DNA of 64,000 bases from Leucoraja ocellata (taxonomy: Eukaryota): NCBI GenBank assembly GCA_036785375.1, contig JAWMAR010000316.1, forward strand, positions 372,001 to 436,000, read 5' to 3'. A program made the position numbers and the translations under genes. Below, in pieces: positions 49,254-63,344 of the stretch. The notes under the pieces are model-generated. The model searched no databases, was not told the DNA's origin, and saw only the letters and a list, made by a program, of their open reading frames with translations. Numbering within the stretch: the first letter of the stretch is position 1; each line of letters begins with the position of its first letter.

Positions 49254-49401
49254 CTGGTTGGCATTCAGGACAACATTCGCCATTCACCTTCACAGCAAGG
49301 CTGCCAGCGGGACACAGAGGACAGGAACGCTTGTAACAGGTCACCAATGAATCTCGACATTCACATTTCTTACAAGGACCTTCATGCCATTTTTCTCCAT
49401 T
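49254..49401 (-). CDS. FRAS1: FRAS1 coding exon (NGEKWHEGPCKKCECRDSLVTCYKRSCPLCPAGSLAVKVNGECCPECQP)
   Basis: 148 bp, acceptor ctaaatag, donor gtatga, phase 0-1; last VWC domain. Confidence 0.94.
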
Positions 49402-50450
49402 CTATTTAGTGAGAGATTTAAAAACATAAAGCACATTCAGGAAAATTTACGATGTTCTAAAATTAATCGAGTCAATGTGCACAAATCATCGAATGACTTG
49501 GTGAAAATAGGTTTTCCCATGATTACATTTTTATTGATAATTCTAAGACATTGCATCCCATAATTCTTGCACTGCAATAAAATGTAGAACTAAAATGTAA
49601 ATACATTGTGGTGGGATTAAATTGTCTGCCATGGAGAATTCTTTGGCACTCCCACTTTGAGATTAAAATTGAAATACTTAAAAACCATAAACAATGCAAA
49701 AAATAAATATATTGAAATCAATTGAATAAAAATCGGGTGGACACAAAATGTTGGAGCAACTTAGCATAACTTAACTTAGGCAGCTTAACTTAGGCAGCAT
49801 CTCTGAAGATGATGAATGGGTGATGTTTTGGGTCGAGACCCTTCTTCAATTTGTAGCTACACTTCTACTAGAAGACTTTTCGCCCAATTGAAATGAAATG
49901 GCCTCCTGAACCTCATTAGCTTTTTTTGCAGCCAGGTTTCTCAGCTGCAATGCTGAGACATCCTTGCAGGTTTGCACCCCCTCCCCCTCCTACACACTGA
50001 ACCCCAGGAAGAATGTAATGGTGAAACGTCAATGGCCCAGAATCAGTGACTAACTGTACTGTTTGAAGCTCCTGCTTCCACTTGGGAAATCCAAAAGTCC
50101 AGCCTGCTAAATATTCCCAGTGGAGCTGCTGGCTTTTATTCAGAAGTCCCAAACACAACTAAACTGGGCTGTGTTCCCACTCTAACATAAACACCACAAT
50201 CATTCCTCCTGCCCCTCCATACAGTCTCTTTTGGATTTCATCCACAGGTATCAGTGTGTCAATGTTCTCTTTGATCTCCAGTTATACTGCTTCTTTCTAG
50301 GTTGTATTTCACAAGAACAAAAACACAGCAACTCAGCGGGTCAGGCAGCATATCTGGAGGACATGGCTAAGTGATGTTTTGGGTCGGGACCCTTCTTCAG
50401 ACTCTGTATTTCACTAAAATAAAGAAGAGGTCACACAGGTATCTACCTAC

Positions 50451-50489
50451 CTGCAGATTTTTTTCACCTTTCAAATCTGAATGATGCAC
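50451..50489 (-). CDS. FRAS1: FRAS1 candidate 39-bp micro-exon (VHHSDLKGEKNLQ)
   Basis: Acceptor tttttgattgcag, donor gtaggt, frame-preserving phase 0-0; sits where mammalian FRAS1 has a short linker inside the last VWC domain. Confidence 0.7.
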
Positions 50490-51679
50490 CTGCAATCAAA
50501 AATATAATTATTAATAAATTATTCACAAAAGTAAATATCTTCTGTTAAAAACATCTGTCCTGATGCTAAGCAGGTTGAGTAAATTGTCTATAGAATCTGA
50601 CCAGTTTTCATTCTATTGAAATTAACGGAACAATTACCGACATCGACAAAAGACTGGAACCACTTCAACAAGAGTAAAGATGAGCCCTTACCCCAACATG
50701 TTTAAGTTTTGTTTTTTAAATCTATGTTTACCATTTCAAACATATTTGTGGAAAGACTACCATCTTCTTTAATTTTTAAACTAATGACATTTTCGCACTG
50801 CTGGACTGAAACAGTAAATATTATCACAGGGTGTTGTTTCCCAGGAGTACCTCTACATCTTTGCTCTGACTGATGCCCTGCAATGAGTATCGTCCGTTGT
50901 TAATACATCAAAGCCTTTCACCAACCAAAGCCTAATTCCTTAGACTGCAAAATGAGGCTCGACAAAACCGTTTTGTCAGGGAAACAAATCCATTGAAGAT
51001 CAAAATTGGTGATTTAAGAAATGTGAATTGAGCCACACATAAGAATGATGGGGTGACTCAGTGGCACAGCTCATCCAGTTGACTGCTCCAGCAACCTGCA
51101 CTCAATCCTGAGCCCCTGGTGACTGTATGGATTTGCACTTCTCTGTGACCATGTGAGTTTTCACCCAGGTGCAACGGTTTCATCACATATGCCAAAAACA
51201 TGAAATTTGGTGGATTAATTAGCCATTGTAAATTGCAAGTGAGTATTGGAACCTGGGGGAGTTGATGGGAATGTGAAGAGAATAAAATGTTAATAGTGTC
51301 GATTAATGTTCAACAAGCAGTGCCGACTCAGTAGGTCAAGGGATTTGTGTGTGATCTGTATCTTAAACGCTTCATTACGTTTTGCTAAGCATTTTAATTG
51401 TCCTTGAATGCTCTTAGTGCACTTAATAGTTTTTTGTTTAATTTTCAATTCATTTTTTGAATATGCAAGCTTTATTTATTTTACTTCTCAGCATTTTTTA
51501 ATGTTGATGAATGTCGAAGGGGTCATGGTCGAACTGGCGGTCAGGTTCTTCAGACGAAGTTGGACACAAAATGCTGGAGTAACTCAGCGGACAGGCAGCA
51601 TCGCCGGAGGAAAGGAATACGTGATCTTTCAGGTCGAAACCCTTAGACTGAGAGTCAGGGGAAAGGGAAATGAGAGATT

Positions 51680-52960
51680 GGAAAGCACTGACGGGATCGG
51701 TCAAAGTCAGCATGGATTTATGAAGGGGAAATCATTACTAATCATTTTGAAGTAGAATGGATAAGGGAGAGCCAGCAGATGTGGTGTACAAGGGCCCACA
51801 CCAGAGATTAGTGTGCAAAATTAGAGCACATGGTACTGGGGGTAGGGTATTGACATGGATAGAGAACTGGTTGGGTTGGCAGACAGGAAGCAAAGGGTAG
51901 GAATTGACAGATCCTTTTCAGAATAGCAGTCAGTGACTAATGAGGTGCCACAATGCTCAGTGCTGGGACCCCAGTTGTTTACAATATATATTATTGATTT
52001 AGACAAGGGAATTAAATGTAACATCTCTATGTTTGCAGATGACATAAAGCTGGGTGGCAGTGCGAGCTGCGATGAAGATGCTATGAGGCTGCAGGGTGAC
52101 TTGGATAGGTTGGGTGAGTGGGCAGTTCCATGGCAGATGCAGTATAATGTGGATACATGTGAGGTTATCCATTTTGGTGGCAAGAACAGGAAGGCAGATT
52201 ATTATCTGAATGTTGTCAGATAGGAGAAGGGGAGGTGCATCGAGACCTGGGTGTGTTTGTATATCAATAACTGAAAGTAAGCATGCAGGTACAGCAGACA
52301 GTAAAGAAAGATAATGGCATGTTGGCTTTCATTGCAAGAGGATTTGAGTTTAGGAGCAAGGACGTCCTACTACAGTTGTACAGGGCCCTGGTGAGACCGC
52401 ACTAGAGTATTGTGTGAAATTTTGGTCCTAATTTGAAGGAGGACATTATTGGTATTGAGGGAGTGCAGCATAGGTTCACCAAGTTAATTCCTGGGCTGGC
52501 AGGACTGTCATATAATGAAAGAATGGAGCAACTGGGCTTGTATTCACTGGAATTTAGAAGGATGGGAGGAGATCTTATAGAAACATATAACATTCTTAGA
52601 GGATTGGACAGGGTAGATGCAGGAAAAATGTTCCTGATGTTGGGGGAGTCCAGAACCAGGGGGTCACAGTTTAAGAATAAGGGGTAGGCCATTTAGGACT
52701 GAGATGAGGAAAAACTTTTTCACCCAGAGAGTTGTGAATCTGTGGTATGCTTTGCCACAGATGGCAGTGGAGGCCAATTCACTGGATGTTTTCAAGAGAG
52801 AGTTAGACTGAGCACTAAGGGCTAAGGAAATCAAGGGATATGGGGAAAAAAGCCGGAACCGAATACTGATTTTGGATGATCAGCCATGATCATATTGAAT
52901 GGCGGTGCTGGCTGGAAGGGCCAAATGGCCTACTCCTGCACCTATTTTCATGTTTCTATA
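51680..52960 (+). mobile_element. CR1 LINE RT + 3' end fragment
   Basis: SQHGF, VPQ.SVLGP.LF, FADD, SRTRG; ttttcatgtttctat tail. Confidence 0.9.
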
Positions 52961-53211
52961 GAGCGATAAGAACCGTGATGTAGAGAGATTCAGATCAAAT
53001 GAATGAAAGATATGCAAAAAAAGTAATGATGACCAAGGAAACGGTCAATTGTTGGCCGTGGGCTAGGTGTTAATGGCCTTGGCCTTGATTTGATGCACGA
53101 AACCCCTGCCCATCCCTTTCCTCCCAACCCATCCCTCTATGCTGCCTACATGCACCCCACATCCCACCTTTGTATTTGTATTACACAATGTGCTCATGAG
53201 GTTGGACACAC

Positions 53212-53301
53212 CTGCGTGCTTTGTTCTTTATAAGTACAGAAACTGGCCACTGGCAAACATTCAGGACAGCATTTTCCAGGCAAATGCAGCAGTTCTTCAC
53301 C
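53212..53301 (-). CDS. FRAS1: FRAS1 coding exon (GEELLHLPGKCCPECLPVASFCTYKEQSTQ)
   Basis: 90 bp, acceptor catctgcag, donor gtgtgt, phase 0-0; VWC C-terminal GKCCPEC. Confidence 0.92.
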
Positions 53302-53489
53302 CTGCAGATGATTACAAATGTTAACTCAAATCAGATTATTTTCACAATTGCTCTCAAAAAGTGTACATTCAGACTTACAGTAAAACACAATAATGCACAT
53401 ATTGGATTCTGGTTCAAGAATGCCTGCTTCACCCCTGAAGAGTACGGTCATTATGTTAGGTAAGATGGTCAAAGCATGTAGACAGTTCA

Positions 53490-54015
53490 GTTTTTTTTTC
53501 AGTTCAGTTTAGTTTATTGTCACGTGTGCCAAGGTACAGTGAAAAGCTTTTGTTGTGTGCTATCCAGTCAGCAGAAGGCCAATACATGATTACAATCAAG
53601 CCACTTGCAGTGTATAGATACATGATAAGGGAATAAAGCTTAGTGCAAGGTAAAGCCAGCAAAGTCCGATCAAGGGTAGCCCAAGGGTCACCAAAGAGGT
53701 AGACAGTAGTTCAGCACTGCTCTCTGGTTGTGGTAGGATGCTCCAGTTGCCTGATAACAGATGGGAAGAAACTGTTCCTGAATCTGGAGGTGTGCAGTTT
53801 CACACTTCTATACCTTTTGCCTGATGGGAGAAGGGAGAAGTGGGAGTGGGCAGGGTGCGACCTGTCCTTGATTATGCTGCTGGCCTTGCTGAGGCAGCAT
53901 GAGGTATAAATGGATTCAGTAGAAGGGAGGTTGGTTTGTGTGATGGTCTGGGCTGCGCCCACAATTCATTGCAATTTCTTGCGGTCTTGAATGAAGCTGT
54001 TCCCAAACCAAGCTG
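53490..54015 (-). mobile_element. Rex1/Babar-like LINE 3' fragment
   Basis: IIKDRSHPAHSHFSLLPSGKRYRS..TSRFRNSFFP. Confidence 0.75.
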
Positions 54016-54422
54016 GAATTTAAATGGATGAGAGGGGATCTTATAGAAACATATAAAATTATAAAAGGATTGGACAAGCTAGATGCAGGAAAACTGTTCC
54101 CAATGTTGGGGGAATCCAGAACCAGGGGCCACAGTCTGAGAATAGAGGGGAGGCCATTTAAAACTGAGATGAAAAAACGTTTTCACCCAGAGAGTTGTGA
54201 ATTTGTGGAATTCTCTGCCACAGAGGGCAGTGGAGGCCAATTCACTGGATGAATTTCAAAGAGAGTTAGGTACAGCTCTGGGGGCAAGCGGAATCAAGGG
54301 ATATGGGGAGAAGGCAGGCATGGGTTAATGATTGTGGATGATCAGCAAATCATCATAATGAATGGCGGTGCAGTCTCGAGGGGCCGAATGGCCTCCCCCT
54401 GCACCAATTCTCTATGTTTCTA
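54015..54422 (+). mobile_element. CR1 3' fragment
   Basis: RGDLIETYKII..SRTRGHS. Confidence 0.85.
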
Positions 54423-55480
54423 AAAAGTGTGGGATGCGCTAAGAAAGGAATTTTAATTCTTGGATAAATGCCCAGATATTTTCTGGAGGTGCTGGGAGTG
54501 TCAATGAAGAATAGGCTCTGCATTATGCAATTCTAAAGAGATAAGGTAGCAAATATTCTGAAAGTCAGCCATGGTTGACCAAGAATGTGGAATTATAATG
54601 GGAACAATAAAAGAGAAAATATTGTCAATGTGATTGCACGTTTAATTGCATGTCTTATCATTCACCTATTCAAGGTTTACTTCACTCAATTAACTATTTT
54701 AGCGATTTGTACTTTCCCCTAAATAGTACATTTAATTAGTACCATTAAATGGACTAATATCAGTGTACTTCGAAAACTCTAAGCCGTTTGGTTAAGACTA
54801 ATGGGACAAGTTAAATTATCTTCTGTGTGTAAACACAGAGGGTGAACCATGAAAGCTGTTGCTGTCAGAATAATTTGCATGAGTCTTGGAGTGTTGAGTT
54901 TGCAATACCTTCGTTCATAATAAGCATTTGCTTAAATCACCAAATATTAAAATGAAGCATATTCAGGGGTGGAATTTCTATTCAGTTTACAATACTAAGC
55001 ACAGCAATTCTAAAATACGGTGGCACTGATCTCAATGTCAGAGGTGAGCTGCTTACAAAAACACAGCAATTCTCGGCCTGTGAAGCAGGTCATCACCAGA
55101 ATCCAATTATCATTATATAACTCCAAGGATTTATTTACATTGTTTGATGATCATTTTGGTGAACAAATTAAAAATGATTAAGCAAACCTGAAATAACTAC
55201 TCCTGTGTCACCTAAAGGTACAGCCATTTTTAAAAAATGGCTTCTGGATAGAATTCATTGACAAACTTCCATCTATTGCAATATATCTTGTCTAAAGAAA
55301 ATTGACATGTAATGAAGGAGCTGTAAAAAGAACAGGTCTAGTTGAAAGGTATATACTTCAGGATATATATAAAATCAATTATGTTGCATATAAAGGTCAC
55401 TGAAATTGTTACCAATTCATACTACATATGCATATTTTCAACTTCTCTCCTTTTTCCTACACTTATTAATCTAACAATTA

Positions 55481-56355
55481 CCGTATTTGCTGGCGTCCAA
55501 GACGCTATATTTTACTCTAAAATAAGGCCCAAAAATATACCTGTTTCTTGGAGGCCGAAGGTTAGGCCGAGCAATGCCACTCTCGTAGTGACTGCTCCGT
55601 GGAACCTGCCACGCCTTCGACCCTGGAACTGTGTGAGGTGGGAGCGGCTGTAAAAGGACAGCGCCGCTTGGGGGGGGGGGGAAAACAGTTGCTTTCCACA
55701 ACGTGTGGGGAGCCTGGCCCGGGTTAGCACGGCCTGGGCTGCACAAAGTAGTAAACCTGGCTAAACTTTACAATGGTAAAGTTGCGGGGAGGGCAGGAGC
55801 GTTGAGAAGGAGGGGGTCAGAGATCATGCCAACAACTCACTCACTTACTCACCGCAGCCACGGCGCTCCGGGCGCAGAGCCACCACATTGGGCCGGGGAG
55901 GGAAGTAGCTGCGAGCGGCCACCGGGACTGGACAGCGGAACCGGCCGTCACCTCAGCGTCTTCTGCCGGCCCGCCAGCCAGTCACGGTGTCCTTCGGCAA
56001 AGGCACAACCGGTGGAGGTTGGCGGGTAGCTAATGTGCGGTAGGCTGGCTGCTCCATCCTGGGCTCTCTCTCTCTCTGTCACTCTCTCTATCTCTCTCTC
56101 CCTCTCCCCATTATGTGATCTCCCTGAGCCAGGAAGTCCCAGACCCTCAGACCTGAACTGCACAGCACATTGTGGGTCAGGCGTAGATGGAGGCTCCCCG
56201 GTCCTCATTGCCTCCTTGAAGGAGTTTCATATCTTCCTTTCTACTGACTAAATGAAACCCTTGATCCTGTCACGCCAGCCTTTTTAAAAAATTTGGCAAC
56301 TCAAAATGGGGGTGCGTCTTCATCTGAATTTCCCCTGAAAAGGGGATTAATAAAG

Positions 56356-56387
<32 letters not shown>

Positions 56388-56401
56388 GCTGGGAAATACG
56401 G
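55481..56401. mobile_element. Tc1/mariner-pogo-type non-autonomous element; right TIR interrupted by a short LINE tail ending in (ATT)n
   Basis: TA|CCGTATTTGCTGGCGTCCAAGACGC at left; GCGTCTT[insert 56321-56387]GCTGGGAAATACGG at right. Confidence 0.7.
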
Positions 56402-57543
56402 GTTGTTCTTAAACTGCTGCAAATGTAGCCACATTCAATGATTCCACCCACACCCTCTCCTCCGCACCATGTAACCTTAGAAGTGGAATGTTACACTGAC
56501 ATTTGTACAGGGATTCGGTTCATTTACAACGTTACAGTAAGACTTGGACAACATCCAGCCTCAGGCTCGTTAGTGACAATAAACATTCAGGTGTCAGGCC
56601 CTAAGCATCACCAGCAAGAGTCTAACCTTCTCCCACTGACATCCGATGAGACCACTATCAGCAACCCTCCACACTCAGTGCCCTGTCAATATAAGCTGTC
56701 AATGGTCACATCCTGTCAAATGAAAATCTAGCATAATTGTCATGTTTTTTGTAGAAAAGGCCATGAATAAAATCAATACAAAACTCAGCCATTCTTCTAC
56801 ACTTTTACAGATTTAATAAGGAGAAGTTTTCCTCTTTAACTCTGTATGGTTTCAATGGCTTTCCCAACTAATAGCAAATTCTGCCATCTCATGTTCCTTC
56901 CTACAGCACTAAACTTGAAATACGCATAATTATTAACTGATATTATACATAGATAGCTGGGAGGAGAAGGGTCATTTTTGCTACAAAATTCATCAGTACT
57001 TGGAATGGGTGAAAAGTGTTTTCAATTCAGTTTAGATAGCATGGTACCAATTGATACCAAAACAACATTTAAAAAATATTTGGACAGGTTCATGGATGGG
57101 GAAAGGTTGAGAGAGATAGGGGCCAAACACGGAGGTGTGGGATTAGTGCAGGTGTGGCATTTTGGTCGGTGTAGGCAAGTTGGGACAAAGGGCCTGTTTC
57201 CGTGCTGTATGACTCTATGACTATTTATTTAAAAAAAAACACAAAGTACAGGAGTAACACAGCGAGTCAGGCTGCATCTACTGATGCCTGACCGGTGGGA
57301 GACAATTGTGGGAGAATGAGTGTGCACCAGGGTCAGGAATGAGAGGTGGGGGAGGGGAAGAGAATGGGCTGGGGTGTGACCTAAAATTGGAAAATTCAAT
57401 GTTCCTTCTAAAATTGGACAATTCTATATTGTGCAAATAACTAAACAAAACATCTGACTATTTTTAGCTGGCCGTTCAATTTCGTAGAAGAAATGGAGCC
57501 GTGCGTCATTTTACAACAACATCAGGCAGAGGGAGTTCCTTAC

Positions 57544-57735
57544 CCACGAGCACTCCACCCTGGCACACTCTGTCAATTGGCAGAGGACCTGTCCTCTCTC
57601 GCACATACAGAACTCGCAGCCAGTCCTTTTCCACATCTCGCTGTGGTACCTGGTGACACCTTCGTACTGGCAATGTCCCTTTCCAGACACACACTCCTCA
57701 CAGCAGCGTCCAATTCTTTTAACTTTATTTAGCCC
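57544..57735 (-). CDS. FRAS1: FRAS1 coding exon (GLNKVKRIGRCCEECVSGKGHCQYEGVTRYHSEMWKRTGCEFCMCERGQVLCQLTECARVECSW)
   Basis: 192 bp, acceptor tttccccag, donor gtaagg, phase 0-0; VWC CCxxC motif and CEFCMC characteristic of FRAS1. Confidence 0.95.
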
Positions 57736-58110
57736 CTGGGGAAATAAACATAATGATATAGCGCATTACAATTTGCTATATTTTGGCATCTGGAGACATT
57801 TTCACAAGGCTGGGAAGAGGGGAGAGGGTAGGGGAGGAGAGAGTATAGTTTGGAAAAACTGGATTGAGGTCCAGATTTTCCATCATTCAATCCAGGGTCA
57901 ATGAAAACAACTCGCTGGGCACTCATTCAAAACTAGCGAGCAAAATGGAGGAAAGCAAGAATCAGAATAAGCTGGGAACAGGAAGGGGAAGGGGATATTA
58001 TAGACTGGTGGGGTTGTAGACAAGGCCTGGATTTTGCAATGTTTTATGTCAATGTGTGGAACTGACACATCATCTCCATCTTCTCAAGGCAGTTCAGGAT
58101 AACTATGTGT

Positions 58111-58430
58111 GTATGAAGGAACTGCAGATGCTGGTTTAAACCGAAGATAGACACAAAAAGCTGGAGTAACAGCGGGGCAGGCAGCATTTCTGGAAAGAAG
58201 CATAAAAAGCTGGAGTAACTCAGCGGGACAGGCACCATCTCCGCAAAAAGTTGGAGTAACTAAGCGGTACTTTTTTGCATACCTTTCATTCATTGTTCTT
58301 TATCTCTCCACATCACCATCTATATCTCTTGTTTCCCTTATTCCTAACCAGTCTGAAGAAGGGTCTCGAACCGAAACATAACCCATTCCTTCTCTCCAGA
58401 GATGCTGCCTGTCCCGCTGAGTTACCCCAG
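58111..58430. repeat. Inverted pair of Penelope-type terminal repeats with a hammerhead-like core at 58353-58380
   Basis: gctggagtaactcagcgggacaggc ... gcctgtcccgctgagttaccccag. Confidence 0.7.
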
Positions 58431-59989
58431 AATTTGACTCCAATATGTTTATTAGAGAGAATGCCAAATTTTCCTTTCTTTTCATTTCAAATACCTGTGC
58501 AAAAATGCTTTCCCTTTTATACTTCACACCCTCGAGTTAATTTGATACTGAAGAGTGAAACTGGATGAACAAAACAGTTGCGTGGGTTGAATTGCAGCAT
58601 TCCTTATGCCTTAGACCTCGACAAAGGATAGAAAGTCACAAACCTTTGGGAGTGGATTAAACTTCTCAAAACACATAAACGTTTCCAAAGTTACCACCCA
58701 AATTCATAAAGTCACAGAGTTTGCAATTCCTGGACAAGTGAGGGCATGGATTGCTGTGGAAAACCTCAAAATATTATTGTTCTTCATTTACAATAGGTCC
58801 ATCTGCTGGAGTAGCCATAGCAAACAACAGGTGAGAACATTTTAAAGTTGTTCACAGCCAAAACACATCCTTCAATCATAATTGCACACCCTTCTGCTAT
58901 GCATGATATAAGCACCCCACTGCTGTCTAAACATATAATTGCATGATGTAAATGTGAAGATTATGCTTAAAGTCACACAATCAGTGTTTCCTATGCAAAG
59001 CCGGCCATGTAGTTAATTGTCAACGTAGCTCTTAACTGATTAAACTGAGGCTGAACAGAAATGTACCTTTTGATCAAATGCCTGTAGTGGGTTGGTGACC
59101 TAAACAATTGCCTTTACTTCAGATTCCAAAAGATTAGCAACTCTTTGTATAAATGCCACCAAATTCATACTCTTCAGACCAACAATTAAAAATGCCGAAA
59201 ATACTTAGCAAGTCAGGCAACAGCTGTGAAGAGGGAAACAGCCCGTTTAGCTCTCCATAGATGCTGTATGGCCCGCTGATTTGTGTTTAGCAATTCTTCT
59301 TTCACAACTTTTAAAAAACAGCCTATGTTTTGCTTTTGCTAAATTTGGCTGCACACTCTTCAACTGAGGTTTCATGCTGCTGTGGGGAAAGCTTTCGCAG
59401 CTTAAGTCCAAGAACATGGTGTAAAGGCCAGAACCAAGATAGAGGCCAACATTCAGTGAATATTGGGATTGGCTGTTCATCGACAAAACCAATATGACCC
59501 TACACAACCTCAAACTCAATTAGCTCACTCTTAAGCACTAATAAACAGACGCAATAGGAAAATACAGTTAATAATGTGAAGAGTGTTGTATTTTCCGGCC
59601 TAGGATTATTATTCCATAAGTCCTGGTAATTCCCTTTGGGTGGGAGGTCTTTGACCCAACTGCTGAAGCTTAACTTATACCAATGAGATGTTGTGTTGGA
59701 GGTAATTACCAGGAAGCTGATCTCAAGGACCAACACAGCTCTTTTCTCAGCAGACTTGCTCATTATATACATATCGAACTCTACTCACATACAAAAACAA
59801 TTTATCCCTTTCTCTGACTCCACAAGAACTGCCAAAGAGTGGGGATTGCATGCCTGAAAATTTGGAAAGCTCTCCAACGGGTGGGTTTTCTTTCTTCGCT
59901 AAACCCAGGTGGAAGAAGATGATGAAAATGTACTCCATGATGTCCCTCAAAACTGTGTGACTTCCTCCATGCGCGCGACCTGCCATTAC

Positions 59990-60091
59990 CTTTTCGCAAG
60001 TCAACGATGGGCACATCTGCGTATAACATCTGATTTCACCGCCGTCACAGATACAACTGGTGCATTCGGTCTTTTCCCACTGGTTACCATG
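59990..60091 (-). CDS. FRAS1: FRAS1 coding exon (VWC domain; HGNQWEKTECTSCICDGGEIRCYTQMCPSLTCEK), most 5' exon in window
   Basis: 102 bp, acceptor ttgtttttgcag, donor gtaatg, phase 0-0; peptide resembles the human FRAS1 segment HGEQWSENACTTCICDRGEVRC (recalled from memory). Confidence 0.92.
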
Positions 60092-60359
60092 CTGCAAAAA
60101 CAAAGAGCAGCTTGTCAAAATAAATACTCAACCTACATTTCACCAGTGGCCCTTGCAGTGTAATTACATGGAACGTAATGAACCCGATTATTTGGATATT
60201 AGAGTGATCTGATAATGTCACCATTTTAATTACTAGCCACCAATTCATAAGCAACCAGTTAAGTGCTGGATAAATTATTTTTAAATGTTTTTTCTTAACA
60301 GATAGCCCTAGAATTGTTTGGAAATATCTGAATTGTGAATAATAATTGGTCATCTTCAA

Positions 60360-63290
60360 CCTCTCCTTACTGAGATTCCCACCTGCTTAAAAAGGGAATC
60401 AATACTACTGGTGCCCAAGAAGAGTAAGGTGATGTACCTCAATGACCACCAACCTGTGGCACTAATGTCAATGGCGATGAAGTGCTTTGAGAGTTTGGTT
60501 ATGGTGCACATCAACTCTTACCTCAGCAAGAACCTGGACCCACTATAATTTGTCTATCACCACAGCAGTGGGGGATGCAATCTCACTGGCTCCCCACCAG
60601 ACCACTTAGACAATAAGAACACATATGTCAGACTGCTGTTCATTGACTACAACTTGGTTTCAACACCATCTACCCTTTCAAACGTCATCAAGCTCAGGGA
60701 ACTGGGTCTCTTTCCGGTGCATCTCATTTGCTACTGACCCTCAACTTCCTCATCAACAGACTGCAATCGGTATGAATTAGCAACACTTCCTCCTTGACAA
60801 CCTTCAAAGCTCAATCCCTGCTATACTCACTATACCCATCACTGTGTAGTCAGACACAATTCCATCTTTAAATTAGCCTAAGATACCACAGTTACTACAA
60901 TTGTTGGACGAATTATAGGTAAGGAAATAGTCAGAGCATAGGAGGGAGATCGATTATCTGATTGAATGGTGCCAGAACAATAATCTTGCTCTCTATATCA
61001 GTAAAACCAAGGAGATTGTTGAAGGAAGAGAAGGACTGAGAATCCACAAAGCTGTCTTCATCAACAGTTCAGTGGTGCAGAGACAACAACTTTTAAGTTT
61101 TTGGGTATGCATATCTCTGAAGATCTGTCATGGCCCCAGCCCGTCATTGCAATCAATAACAAAAAACATAGAAACATAGACATAGAAACATAGAAATTAG
61201 GTGCAGGAGTAGGCCATTCGGCCCTTCGAGCCTGCACCGCCATTCAATATGATCATGGCTGATCATCCAACTCAGTATCCCGTACCTGCCTTCTCTCCAT
61301 ACCCCCTGATCCCCTTAGCCACAAGGGCCACATCTAACTCCCTCTTAAATATAGCCAATGAACTGGCCTCAACTACCCTCTGTGGCAGAGAGTTCCAGAG
61401 ATTCACCACTCTCTGCGAGAAAAAAGTTCTTCTCATCTCGGTTTTAAAGGATTTCCCCTTTATCCTTAAGCTGTGACCCCTTGTCCTGGACTTCCCCAAC
61501 ATCGGAAACAATCTTCCTGCATCTAGCCTGTCCAACCCCTTAAGAATTTTGTAAGTTTCTATAAGATCCCCTCTCAATCTTCTAAATTCTAGAGAGTATA
61601 AACCAAGTCTATCCAGTCTTTCTTCATAAGACAGTCCTGACATCCCAGGAATCAGTCTGGTGAACCGTCTCTGCACTCCCTCTATGGCAATAATGTCCTT
61701 CCTCAGATTTGGAGACCAAAACTGTACGCAATACTCCAGGTGTGGTCTCACCAAGACCCTGTACAACTGCAGTAGAACCTCTCTGCTCCTATACTCAAAT
61801 CCTTTTGCAATGAAAGCTAACATACCATTCGCTTTCTTTACTGCCTGTTGCACCTGCATGCCTACCTTCAATGACTGGTGTACCATGACACCCAGGTCTC
61901 GCTGCATCTCCCCTTTCCCAATCGGCCACCATTTAGATAATAGTCTGCTTTCCTGTTTTTGCCACCAAAATGGATAACCTCACATTTATCCACATTATAC
62001 TGCATCTGCCAAACATTTGCCCACCCACCCAGCCTATCCAAGTCACCCTGCAGTCTCCTAGCATCCTCCTCACAGCTAACACTGCCCCCCAGCTTAGTGT
62101 CATCCGCAAACTTGGAGATATTGCCTTCAATTCCCTCATCCAGATCATTAATATATATTGTAAATAGCTGGGGTCCCAGTGCTGAGCCTTGGGGTACCCC
62201 ACTAGTCACTGCCTGCCATTGTGAAAAGGACCCGTTTACTCCTACTCTTTGCTTCCTGTTTGCCAGCCAGTTCTCTATCCACATCAATACTGAACCCCCA
62301 ATGCCTTGTGCTTTAAGTTTGTATACTAATCTCTTATGTGGGACCTTGTCGAAAGCCTTCTGGAAGTCCAGATACACCACATCCACTGGTTCTCCCCTAT
62401 CCACGCTACTAGTTACATCCTCGAAAAATTCTATAAGATTCGTCAGACATGATTTACCTTTCGTAAATCCATGCTGACTTTGTCCAATGATTTCACCACT
62501 TTCCAAATGTGCTGCTATCCCATCTTTAATAACTGACTCTAGCAGTTTCCCCACTACCGATGTTAGACTAACTGGTCTGTAAACCAGATAAAACATCGAT
62601 GCCTCCACTTTTATAGAAGATTGAGGAGATTCAGTATCTTGATGAATACTCTCTCCTTAACTTCTAAAGGTGTACATTAGAGCACAAATTGACTAGTTGC
62701 ATAACAGCATGATTCAGCAACAAATGCCCAGAAGCAAAGGAGATTGCAAGAAGTGGTGGATATGGTCCATCATGGGTATTGACCCTCACCCCCAGCATCA
62801 TAAGACAGCCAGCATCATCACGGACCCTCACCAGCCTGGCCACGCTCTCATTTCACTCCTGCCATCAGGGAGATGGTATAGGAGTTTCAACCCGAAATTC
62901 ACCTATTTCTTTTCTCCAGAGATGTTTGTGACCTGCTGAGTTACTCCAGCAGTTTGTGTCTATCTATAGGAGTTTGAAAACTGTGACCTCCAAGTTCTTC
63001 CCAACAATCATCAGGCTCTTGAACACTACAAACAACAATTAAACTACGAAGAAAGACACAAAATGCTGGAGTAACTCAGCGGGACAGGCAGCTAAACTAC
63101 AAACTCTCTTGGCTACACTTGGGATTTTGTGCTTTTGTTTTGCGCTGATATTATTTTTAAATTTTTTGCACTTTTGTTTGTTGTGTTAGTTATGAGTACT
63201 GTATTTATAGACCTGCTATGCTGCTGCAAGTAAAAATTCATTGTTCTGTTTCCGATACATATGACAATTTAACATTCTTGACTCGACATT
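60360..63290 (+). mobile_element. Old Rex1/Babar-like LINE fragment interrupted by a young CR1 (61166-62580)
   Basis: LND(H)QPVAL..MKCFE and LFIDY RT remnants; resumes after 62590 with HQPGHALISLLPSGR. Confidence 0.7.
61166..62580 (-). mobile_element. Young 5'-truncated CR1 LINE (RT C-terminal part + 3' UTR)
   Basis: YRPVSLTS, QHGF, YLDFQKAFDKV, GVPQGS, FADD; only one frameshift; (TTTCTATG)n tail. Confidence 0.95.
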
Positions 63291-63344
63291 GTTCCAGCAT
63301 TGCCACAAAATCTTTCCAGTTGATTATGTTTCTGTTAATATGGT

